From: a virus
Lineage: Duplodnaviria > Caudoviricetes
Length of the DNA stretch: 58,488 nucleotides
Reading direction: 5' to 3' (one strand)
Virus record (IMG/VR): IMGVR_UViG_3300032605_001675
Span: 1 to 58,488 of that record
Shown here: positions 27,728-34,965 of the stretch, in pieces
How the letters are laid out: each line of letters starts with the position of its first letter
Position numbering within the stretch: the stretch's first letter is position 1
Position numbers and translations under genes: made by a program
Notes under the pieces: generated by a model
Database searches by the model: none
Told to the model about the DNA's origin: nothing
What the model saw: the letters and a program-made list of their open reading frames with translations, nothing else

Positions 27728-28024
27728 TTATCCTCCTGTCTTTGTACAAATCTCTGAGTATTTACCTTGCCAAATCATTCCGTCTTTGCAAGTAATGTAC
27801 GACGCATAAGAAACTTCGGCTATCCAAAATTGCCCCTCGTCGGAATAACGCAAGTAATAGTTCGATTTATTGTGCCATGTATTAATCACTGTACCATAGT
27901 TTGGAGTGGCGCCTTTAACAAAAACCATTAGATGGACCAAAGATACAAACCCACAGATAACTAAGAGGCATAAAAGAAACTTCAAAACCCTTCTCATAGC
28001 TCCATCCTGTGTTGTACTGGCCAC
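27728..28024 (-). CDS. hypothetical membrane-anchored protein
   Basis: TM segment after MRRVLK (probable start near 27997). Confidence 0.5.
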   Translation of the reverse strand: MASTTQDGAMRRVLKFLLCLLVICGFVSLVHLMVFVKGATPNYGTVINTWHNKSNYYLRYSDEGQFWIAEVSYASYITCKDGMIWQGKYSEICTKTGG

Positions 28025-28203
28025 TCTACCAGAGAGTAGCGAAATATTTCATCTTCCTTAAAGTAACCCATACCGCTTGATGTTACTTTGCGCTCTTTCC
28101 ATGTATTATCAAGTTCCGGGAGTGTATCAAAGATCTTGTACGGCAGCATAGGGGTTGCATGACCTGGGATAGGGCCCTTACACATCAACCATACTTTGGT
28201 CAT
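27994..28203 (-). CDS. hypothetical protein
   Basis: ORF track; ATGA coupling. Confidence 0.5.
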   Translation of the reverse strand: MTKVWLMCKGPIPGHATPMLPYKIFDTLPELDNTWKERKVTSSGMGYFKEDEIFRYSLVEWPVQHRMEL

Positions 28204-28433
28204 AGTTTCTCTCTGTCTTGTACGAATGCATTTACAAATTCATCAAACATCTCGGGTGATTGCGCTAGAACCCATACTACTTCTTCTGCAGGTAGCTCCC
28301 AAGCCAACTTCTTCAAGTGCTTCTTGGTCTTTCTCGGAACTCGTCCTTCACGAACTCTATCAAAACACAGTTGAAAACCCAATGCATCATAGAACGGATT
28401 GGGTAGTCGGATAACACTTCCTGTCTTGCTCAC
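28200..28433 (-). CDS. hypothetical protein
   Basis: ORF track; ends REKL* with the shared junction. Confidence 0.5.
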   Translation of the reverse strand: MSKTGSVIRLPNPFYDALGFQLCFDRVREGRVPRKTKKHLKKLAWELPAEEVVWVLAQSPEMFDEFVNAFVQDREKL

Positions 28434-28495
28434 ATCATCTCTCTTTCTTGAAGAATGGTAAAGTGGAGTTTTATAAACTTGGCTTTACCATTCCG

Positions 28496-28756
28496 TTACG
28501 GCTCGTCCGTTAACAACTGTTCCCATAGATCACAGATTCTGCGAAATACACTGTCGCTATGTTCGTCTAGTAAAGTGTCATCGGGTACAAACTCGTGAAC
28601 GAAGTTGTCTAGGACATCTAGATCATGTTCACTCAACCGCAGTGTGTAGCGTCTATCATACGAGTTCAAGGCGGGTATGTCAACAAAGTCTCCCACAACA
28701 ACAATTTTTGGTTGTTTATTGCCGAACCTGATTTTCTGACACCACATTCGCTTCAT
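28496..28756 (-). CDS. hypothetical protein containing a metallophosphoesterase-like fragment
   Basis: KQPKIVVVGDFVDIPALNSYD resembles phosphoesterase motif II; other motifs missing. Confidence 0.35.
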   Translation of the reverse strand: MKRMWCQKIRFGNKQPKIVVVGDFVDIPALNSYDRRYTLRLSEHDLDVLDNFVHEFVPDDTLLDEHSDSVFRRICDLWEQLLTDEP

Positions 28757-28902
28757 GATGTTCTCCGTTCACGGCATTGAGACTCGTGACGTTCTTGGGC
28801 TCGGCGCATTGATCTAGCATCCCCGAGCGGGAAGGTTCGATTGCATCGCGCACACACGGGCCTGTATGTTGGTGGTCAGCGTATCGACATAGTTGCGCTT
28901 CA

Positions 28903-29280
28903 TTAGTAGTAGTCCTCGTCGGCCACATTGTCGGGTGTCTCATCGGCGTCACTTATAGTGTTCTTGTTGATCATCTCGTCAGAGATCTCGTCGGGTGGTG
29001 TGCCTTCGGCACTAATGGATTCGCTCTCTGCGGCCCCTTCTGGTAGCGGCTCTGCTAGTAGATCGTTAACTACATTCTTGAATTGAGGGCCTACTACAGA
29101 ATCCCACATCTCGCTAAAAATGGCCTGGTGATTGGCACTGGCCACTTCGTTCTCCCAGAGACTTACTTCTGCTCCCACTTCGGGCTTAATCCAGTCCCAT
29201 TCTCCCTTGGCATTTCGTACCTGAAGGGTGGCTCCAATACTTACTGTTAGTTTTAACTCCATTATATCCTCACTATCCAA
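28903..29280 (-). CDS. hypothetical protein with acidic tail
   Basis: ORF track; probable start MELKL (29262) after GAGG RBS. Confidence 0.6.
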   Translation of the reverse strand: MDSEDIMELKLTVSIGATLQVRNAKGEWDWIKPEVGAEVSLWENEVASANHQAIFSEMWDSVVGPQFKNVVNDLLAEPLPEGAAESESISAEGTPPDEISDEMINKNTISDADETPDNVADEDYY

Positions 29281-29816
29281 GACCTACGTTCAATAGTATA
29301 ACGGTCCTTGAGAGTTTCTTCAACTGCTTTTACTACCCCTTCAAATCCCCAGTCATCACCGGCTAGAATTCCACCGTCTTTAACTTTAGGCATCCAGGCC
29401 AGGATATCTGCTTTCACATTATCGTAGTCATGTGCAGCATCAATAAGAACAAAATCCAGACTCTTGTCCTTATAGAGTTTGGCTCCCTCTACACTTGTAG
29501 TTCTAATAGGGTTGCAGTAGTCCAAGAGATCTTTCATGTTGTCCATGAAGGTTTCGTATAATCTCTTTTCCTGGATTACTTCCATAGAGTGATGTGCTTC
29601 TTCATCACTACCTTCCCAGGTATCAATGGCATCAAACTTGATGCTCTTACCCGAGTTGGCAATCTCTACGGCCATGAAGCTTGTACTCTTGCCCATAAAG
29701 GACCCTACTTCTACAAAGTGTGCTCCATCTTGAGCTTCTGCCACTCTATCACGATAAAGGCCTTGAAAGTCGAACCAATTGGGTCCAAATTGAGGACCTT
29801 CGTAGATGTGTTCCAT
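29262..29816 (-). CDS. class I SAM-dependent methyltransferase (Methyltransf_24-like)
   Basis: VEVGSFMGKS, IDTW, LDFVLIDAAHDY, GGILAGDDW. Confidence 0.88.
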   Translation of the reverse strand: MEHIYEGPQFGPNWFDFQGLYRDRVAEAQDGAHFVEVGSFMGKSTSFMAVEIANSGKSIKFDAIDTWEGSDEEAHHSMEVIQEKRLYETFMDNMKDLLDYCNPIRTTSVEGAKLYKDKSLDFVLIDAAHDYDNVKADILAWMPKVKDGGILAGDDWGFEGVVKAVEETLKDRYTIERRSWIVRI

Positions 29817-29837
29817 ATCTTACTCTCTTTCTAACAG

Positions 29838-29909
29838 TGCCTCCAGTAGGAATCGAACCTACATCCCAGGGTTAGAACTCCTTTGCACTATCCGTTGTGC
29901 TATAGAGGC
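29838..29909 (-). tRNA. tRNA-Arg(TCT) with an imperfect anticodon stem
   Basis: GCCTCTA/TGGAGGC acceptor, GCAC/GTGC D-stem, GTAGG-TTCGATT-CCTAC T-arm, anticodon loop GTTCTAA; no encoded CCA; upstream promoter. Confidence 0.8.
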
Positions 29910-29923
29910 TTATATATTTATAT

Positions 29924-29952
29924 ATATTAAAGGCCTCTGGAGAGTAAATCAA
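29924..29952 (-). promoter_or_regulatory. promoter TTGATT-N17-TAATAT upstream of the tRNA
   Basis: 6-17-6 spacing, -10 ends 15 nt before tRNA base 1. Confidence 0.65.
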
Positions 29953-30197
29953 CCCGAACCTGAGGCATAAGGATTAACTTTAATGCCATTGGCTGTTAGG
30001 ATATCGATTGCATCCAGGTAGAAGGTACTGGTCATACCACCAATTTGTGGTTGAGCTTTTCTCACTACAGCATAAATCCATTGCTGGTTCTGGGCAGAGT
30101 TAAGAAAGGCCGCTACATACTTGGGACTAACTGGAAGTTGTGCTGCCTCTAGAATGGTACTAATGGCCCAGTGAAGGTCCTTGGGGGTATTACTCAT
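29949..30197 (-). CDS. hypothetical protein
   Basis: ORF track; probable start MSNTPK via ATGA overlap. Confidence 0.55.
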   Translation of the reverse strand: MSNTPKDLHWAISTILEAAQLPVSPKYVAAFLNSAQNQQWIYAVVRKAQPQIGGMTSTFYLDAIDILTANGIKVNPYASGSG

Positions 30198-30691
30198 ACC
30201 TTTCTTAGTTCCCATACTAGGTGGTATGGAACCTGTGGATCCCAATGCTGAGTTACTAGTTCAAACTGGCCCTTAAATCCATAGGCATTGCCTAGTTCAA
30301 TCATTCCGTTAATTAGAAAGTAACTAACTGTAGCTTCTGTAATAAAGTTAACATGGGTAGGGTCTTGGAAGGTTTGGCTATAGGGAACAGCTGGGGTGTG
30401 AGTCTTGAGAATTCCACCCGGCTTAAGAACTCTCCAGGCTTCACTCATGAGTTCCATAAATGGTGCTCTACGTTGACCATCGATGTAGAGTAGGCGAGGA
30501 ATGTGCTCAATGAAGTCATATCCAGTTACATAATCAAAGAAGTCATCATCAAATGGAATACCATCTAGAATAACATCTGAGATTCTAATATTGGGGTTAC
30601 CCCAGTCAAAGATGTCTACACCGTATACTTCATCGGCATTAAAAGGATTCTTTGGAGTACTACCACATCCGAGGTCTAGTGTACGAGTCAT
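30194..30691 (-). CDS. class I SAM-dependent methyltransferase (type 11-like)
   Basis: LDLGCG, GVD, IPFDDDFFD, IEHI, WRVLKPGG, DPTH. Confidence 0.88.
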   Translation of the reverse strand: MTRTLDLGCGSTPKNPFNADEVYGVDIFDWGNPNIRISDVILDGIPFDDDFFDYVTGYDFIEHIPRLLYIDGQRRAPFMELMSEAWRVLKPGGILKTHTPAVPYSQTFQDPTHVNFITEATVSYFLINGMIELGNAYGFKGQFELVTQHWDPQVPYHLVWELRKV

Positions 30692-31419
30692 TTGATTAGG
30701 TGCCTTAATTTCTCTTGGTTGTTTCTAACATATTCTGGAAAGGTTTCATCGATGGGAATAGTTTCTAGTCTAAACCCTCTACCGAATACATCTTCATTAT
30801 TGGCCATACGCTCTTCTAATACTTCCAATGCTTCTGGGATACTATAAGTGTGACGAGCATTTTCCGTCATTTTTTTAACAATAGCATCCTTACCACCAAT
30901 ATAGGTAAAGTGCCAACCGGCATTGGGAAGTCTAAGTCCATCTGTGAATCTCAACTTTTGGGCATTGAGTTCATAGTACATCTTGCCACTACAACCTCTA
31001 GTGCCATACCATTCTTCATCTACATTGCGATTATTAATGTAGTATTGACTTAGAGGTTGATTAAAGCAGTAGACCTGGTCTTGCTCCATATTCTCTTTAA
31101 GCCACTTTACGGCCTCAGGGTCAGGAATCTCATCTAGATCACCGGTTAATACTAGGTCATCCGGCTTAATTCCAATAACCGGATAGGCTCTCTGATACAT
31201 CTCGAAGTCCCAATCACCAGTCATTGCCTCTGGAAAGCTAATAGTAATAACTGATACCTTGGGGTGATCATGACTAATAAGGCATTCTTTGTACTTGCCT
31301 TGGTGGGTCTTAGAGGCCTCAATTAAGTAGAAGTGATCTACTACATCTTCGAGGATATTGATACGTAGATCCAATAACTCTGTCTGGTTATTGAAGGTTA
31401 CAATATCTATGACTTCCAC
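30688..31419 (-). CDS. GT17-like glycosyltransferase (beta-1,4-GlcNAc transferase-like)
   Basis: FNN..ELL.LR...VD.F..EA..TH.G, E.YQR, DLDEIP, GWHFTY.GG. Confidence 0.8.
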   Translation of the reverse strand: MEVIDIVTFNNQTELLDLRINILEDVVDHFYLIEASKTHQGKYKECLISHDHPKVSVITISFPEAMTGDWDFEMYQRAYPVIGIKPDDLVLTGDLDEIPDPEAVKWLKENMEQDQVYCFNQPLSQYYINNRNVDEEWYGTRGCSGKMYYELNAQKLRFTDGLRLPNAGWHFTYIGGKDAIVKKMTENARHTYSIPEALEVLEERMANNEDVFGRGFRLETIPIDETFPEYVRNNQEKLRHLIK

Positions 31420-32708
31420 TGGATTGTATCCTTCTTAAGAAGTTGAGCACTCTTGCTCTTGTTAACTGCCTTAGTGAAGATATTCATCCAGTCCTTGCCT
31501 ACTTTTTCCCAGGTAAGTTCCTTGGCCCATTCATAGGCTGCTTCTACTCTTTCAGGATACTTGCCGGCCTTGATCTCTAGTAGAGCATCTGCTGCCTTTT
31601 CTACATCCATAAGTGGTCTCATACGCTCATTGTCGTTTTCCTTGATAATCCACATACTGGGGTTATCTCCACTAGGAATCTTCCAACCTCTTTCGTTGTC
31701 TCCAAGAATTTCACCGAGTGAGGTGTTGTCTGGAGCAACTACTGGAGTCTTGGTGGCCATTGCCTCTGTAATACTCAATCCCCAACCTTCACCAAAAGTG
31801 GTAGTAAGATAGGCATCACTAGCATTGTAGATGTGGTTTACGGCTTCAATGGGGAATCCACTGTGAGCTGAGAACTGCTGAGGATTAGGTAGAGTCCAGT
31901 GCTTACCAGGTTCTAGATCAAAGTTTCTGGCCATCTGGATAATACTACCACCAAAGTCTGTTTCCTGCATATGCATGTAGAGGAATACATCATCATGGCC
32001 TCGGTCTAGAAGTTCACGAAGAATCATAAAGCTTCTACTAACATCCTTACGGCCTTGGTTACGGTTGAGGTTAGTGAAGATAAACTTATTGGCATTAGCT
32101 CCGAATAGAGTCTTGCGAATGTTTTCTACTTGAGCCTTATCTTCAAGTGGGTAGAAGTCCTTGGTGTTGGTTCCATGGTAGATTACTTCATGACGATCAG
32201 CAAGAGGTCCAATGTAGTTTCTACTCTCATTCTTGGCATACTCGGTGTAGGCCACTGGAAAGTCGAAACTTGCTGCTACCTGCTTGACCCACTCTTCTTT
32301 TGGAGCACAGTCAAATGGGTAGTAGTAAATGGTTGAGAATGGAACTGGCTTATTTCTCTGAATCTCTAGAATCTGTGGAACAATACTCTGAACAATAAAT
32401 GAATCCTGAACAATAAATACTACATCGTATTCACGTCCACCTAAAGCATCTAGAAATACCTGACGACCATGGTAGTCCTGGTAACTACCCTGCATTCTCA
32501 ATGCACTAATAGCAGGCCATACACGTCCGGGGAATCTCTCAGTATCATAAGGACCACCGTCATAGTTAATGCCGATAACATCAATCTCGAACTTACCGGT
32601 CTTATCAAGCTCTCTCATGATGTTACTCATAACAGTAGCAAAACCGGTGGAGCAACAGTAGTCACCCCATGCTAGTACACGGACTTTGGCCATTAGAACT
32701 TCTTCCAA
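31407..32708 (-). CDS. GT4-like (GT-B) glycosyltransferase
   Basis: TGFA, IYHG, NRNQGRKD, IYNASD, GEGWGL...EAMAT..PVV. Confidence 0.88.
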   Translation of the reverse strand: MEEVLMAKVRVLAWGDYCCSTGFATVMSNIMRELDKTGKFEIDVIGINYDGGPYDTERFPGRVWPAISALRMQGSYQDYHGRQVFLDALGGREYDVVFIVQDSFIVQSIVPQILEIQRNKPVPFSTIYYYPFDCAPKEEWVKQVAASFDFPVAYTEYAKNESRNYIGPLADRHEVIYHGTNTKDFYPLEDKAQVENIRKTLFGANANKFIFTNLNRNQGRKDVSRSFMILRELLDRGHDDVFLYMHMQETDFGGSIIQMARNFDLEPGKHWTLPNPQQFSAHSGFPIEAVNHIYNASDAYLTTTFGEGWGLSITEAMATKTPVVAPDNTSLGEILGDNERGWKIPSGDNPSMWIIKENDNERMRPLMDVEKAADALLEIKAGKYPERVEAAYEWAKELTWEKVGKDWMNIFTKAVNKSKSAQLLKKDTIQWKS

Positions 32709-33385
32709 TCTTTAGGAGTTAGGGTATTATCATTATAAGGTATTTTATACTGTTCTATCAAATTACGATTTTGACTTCCCCACTTTTTAAGATAGTAGTC
32801 ACCACTCTTGATAGAATTAATGGGAAGATTCATCTTTTTAGTAGTTTGACTTCCAATGTGAACAAATGGAGTATGGCTTCGATACTCTTTATAACCCAGT
32901 AGAATAATACGATAGTGCATATCATTATCTTCCCACCAACATGGGTCAAAGTTTTCATCAAAGGTACCTACACGATCAAAGAAATCACTCTTGACCATAA
33001 AGCTAGAAAATAGTTCTGCTTCAGTAAAGTTATACTCTGTATCAGGGCCTGAGAAGCAGATCTCAAAGGGGTCAAAGAAAGTTTCTTTTACCTCTCTAAA
33101 TCCATAGAGGACATACTTGTCATCTAGTGTTGAGAATTCTTCTACTGCCTGATCAATACTCTGGGGAGCAAATAGAGTATCATCATTAGCGATAATGACG
33201 TAGTCACAACCATCACTAGTGGCCTGCTTAAAACCTGTATTCCAGGCAGCTGCTAGAGGTACTTGGTATCTCCACTGAGGTTGGATGTAGATCTTAATTT
33301 CATGCTTGCTCTTGGCACTATAGATTAGGTCCAATGCCTGATCAAAGTTATTGAGAACTGGAATTACTATTCCAACTTTACTCAT
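32693..33385 (-). CDS. GT2-like (GT-A) glycosyltransferase
   Basis: IVIPVLN, AWNTG, IANDD, VGTFDENF, WEDND, H.GS.T. Confidence 0.88.
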   Translation of the reverse strand: MSKVGIVIPVLNNFDQALDLIYSAKSKHEIKIYIQPQWRYQVPLAAAWNTGFKQATSDGCDYVIIANDDTLFAPQSIDQAVEEFSTLDDKYVLYGFREVKETFFDPFEICFSGPDTEYNFTEAELFSSFMVKSDFFDRVGTFDENFDPCWWEDNDMHYRIILLGYKEYRSHTPFVHIGSQTTKKMNLPINSIKSGDYYLKKWGSQNRNLIEQYKIPYNDNTLTPKDWKKF

Positions 33386-33875
33386 AATCCAATCCCTGCT
33401 CTTTCATCTTTTTCTTTAGATTAAATTCGGTAACACCTTTTCTCTGAGCCTCTCTACAGGCATCACAAGGAGATTCTTTCTTGGCAAGATGGGCTCCATA
33501 ACCACTTCGAGTTCCACAAGAGGCGGGTTTACGCCCACGGCCTTTGATTTTGTCCATACGTTTGGCTTCTGAACGAGCCTTTTCTTCACGAGTGCCCATC
33601 CAGTACATAGCCTCTGGCTTATTACAGACTATATTGAGCTTTCTACGGATACTAATTCTCTGCTCTTCACTAGTACCGGCCCAGAATCCATAGTGTTCAT
33701 GTCTAAGTGCATGATCTAAGCATTCAGCATTTACAGGGCAATCAAGACACATTTGCTTGAGCTCTTTAGAAACTACTTCTCCTCTAGTGGGAAAGAATAG
33801 TTGGGTGCTTACTCCCTTACAGGCAGCTTGGTCTCGCCATGTAAAGTCAATTATGGTTTTATCTACACTTGGCAT
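33378..33875 (-). CDS. whiB: WhiB-family transcription factor with extra C-terminal Cys/His domain
   Basis: WRDQAACKG, FFP, CLDCPVNAECL, GFWAG..EEQR; C-terminal CGT..GY..H.....CDAC; start reassigned to ATG 33875. Confidence 0.9.
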   Translation of the reverse strand: MPSVDKTIIDFTWRDQAACKGVSTQLFFPTRGEVVSKELKQMCLDCPVNAECLDHALRHEHYGFWAGTSEEQRISIRRKLNIVCNKPEAMYWMGTREEKARSEAKRMDKIKGRGRKPASCGTRSGYGAHLAKKESPCDACREAQRKGVTEFNLKKKMKEQGLDYE

Positions 33876-33882
33876 ACTATTT

Positions 33883-33911
33883 ATTATAGTACCAGAAGTC
33901 AAGATAAACAA
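33883..33911 (-). promoter_or_regulatory. promoter TTGTTT-N17-TATAAT, probable leaderless whiB transcript
   Basis: Consensus -10 sits 7 nt upstream of the ATG at 33875. Confidence 0.6.
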
Positions 33912-34031
33912 GAGATTTCAGAAGGGCCCCCGGGAGGAGTCAAGGTTATAGAGAACCGACTGCAACTCCCAGGGAGATAGAGACCCCTTCGAGAAAGAGA
34001 GCGAATCATCCTTCACTTCTATTATTTAACT

Positions 34032-34250
34032 CTACTTGGACTTTACATTGTCCCTTCCGTACTTTTCAGCTTTCTGAAGAAGTGTAATTACATATTCTAC
34101 AAACTCTTCAGCTGACCGAATACTACTCGGGTCACTACTAGAGTCCATTGAAACTAGTTTACCGATAAGTGTAGAGTGCATCTGGCCTGATAGAATATAG
34201 TCCATCAGTTCTTGCTGCATCTTGTCATACTTCTTATCTACTACGGACAT
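34032..34250 (-). CDS. hypothetical protein
   Basis: ORF track; AAGGAG RBS. Confidence 0.55.
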   Translation of the reverse strand: MSVVDKKYDKMQQELMDYILSGQMHSTLIGKLVSMDSSSDPSSIRSAEEFVEYVITLLQKAEKYGRDNVKSK

Positions 34251-34251
34251 C

Positions 34252-34500
34252 TTACTTTCTCCTTGTGTTAAACATAGAAATTAATCCTGATACTGGTAGG
34301 CCTAGACTACATACTAGAGCCCATCCAATACAGGTACTATTGTGATAATAGAAGCCCTCAATTAGTAGAGGGACAAAAGCAATTACTCCGACTGCTGCAA
34401 CCACTAATAGGGTTACCAGAAAGCCTAGAGAAATTCTTTCTAATAGTTTCTTCATACTTATCTTACCATCCTCGTCCGCAACCATATTGATCGGGGACAT
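34252..34500 (-). CDS. small two-TM membrane protein
   Basis: Two hydrophobic segments; probable start MKKLL. Confidence 0.55.
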   Translation of the reverse strand: MSPINMVADEDGKISMKKLLERISLGFLVTLLVVAAVGVIAFVPLLIEGFYYHNSTCIGWALVCSLGLPVSGLISMFNTRRK

Positions 34501-34864
34501 AGTTACTGCCTTCGATCTTTTGAGCTACATATACCTGTTGCATAGGTGTAGCCTCTCCTGCATTGGGTGCAAATTTAAGTCCTCCAAACTTGACCCAATT
34601 TATATTTCTAATACCTAGGCCACCACTATACACGGGACCCTGTGCCGTCCAATCTCCACCCATCTCACATATGTTGACTTTGGCCCACATATTCATAACG
34701 CTTAATGGAATAAACCAGAACGGTTTTACTGCTACTTTCTTTACTACTTTAAGAACTACTTTTGGTAACTCTTTGCTCGTTGTTACTACTTTTGGGGTAT
34801 TAGCTCCTGCATGACTTGCAATCATACTAATTGCCAATACTAGAATCGTAATTAAACGTCTCAA
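34463..34864 (-). CDS. Rpf-like (resuscitation-promoting factor) secreted transglycosylase
   Basis: Signal peptide; W..V..CE.GG.W, YSGGLG, W..FGG, A.EATP.QQ..VA..I. Confidence 0.85.
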   Translation of the reverse strand: MRRLITILVLAISMIASHAGANTPKVVTTSKELPKVVLKVVKKVAVKPFWFIPLSVMNMWAKVNICEMGGDWTAQGPVYSGGLGIRNINWVKFGGLKFAPNAGEATPMQQVYVAQKIEGSNYVPDQYGCGRGW

Positions 34865-34936
34865 GATTTTCCTATCTCTCTAACAATATTATCAGTTAGT
34901 GTTCATAGGTCTCCTCTCTGTTTTTCTATATCGATT

Positions 34937-34965
34937 ATTTTATAGACACAAACTCTCTAAATCAA
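34937..34965 (-). promoter_or_regulatory. promoter TTGATT-N17-TAAAAT upstream of the rpf-like gene
   Basis: 6-17-6 spacing; -35 overlaps the SNF2 stop. Confidence 0.65.

Noticed and set aside
25726-28433. Diversity-generating retroelement or integron cassette array
   Set aside because: No reverse transcriptase or integrase in the window, no adenine-specific TR/VR pair, and no attC-like palindromes; repeats are direct and coding
29838-29909. Amber suppressor tRNA (CUA) and TAG recoding
   Set aside because: The CUA register gives an even worse anticodon stem and a 3-nt variable loop; many genes end cleanly in TAG and long ORFs are not broken by TAG
34865-34961. preQ1 or other riboswitch upstream of the rpf-like gene
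   Set aside because: No preQ1-I stem and A-tail pseudoknot consensus; the region is explained by a promoter and a 4-codon mini-ORF
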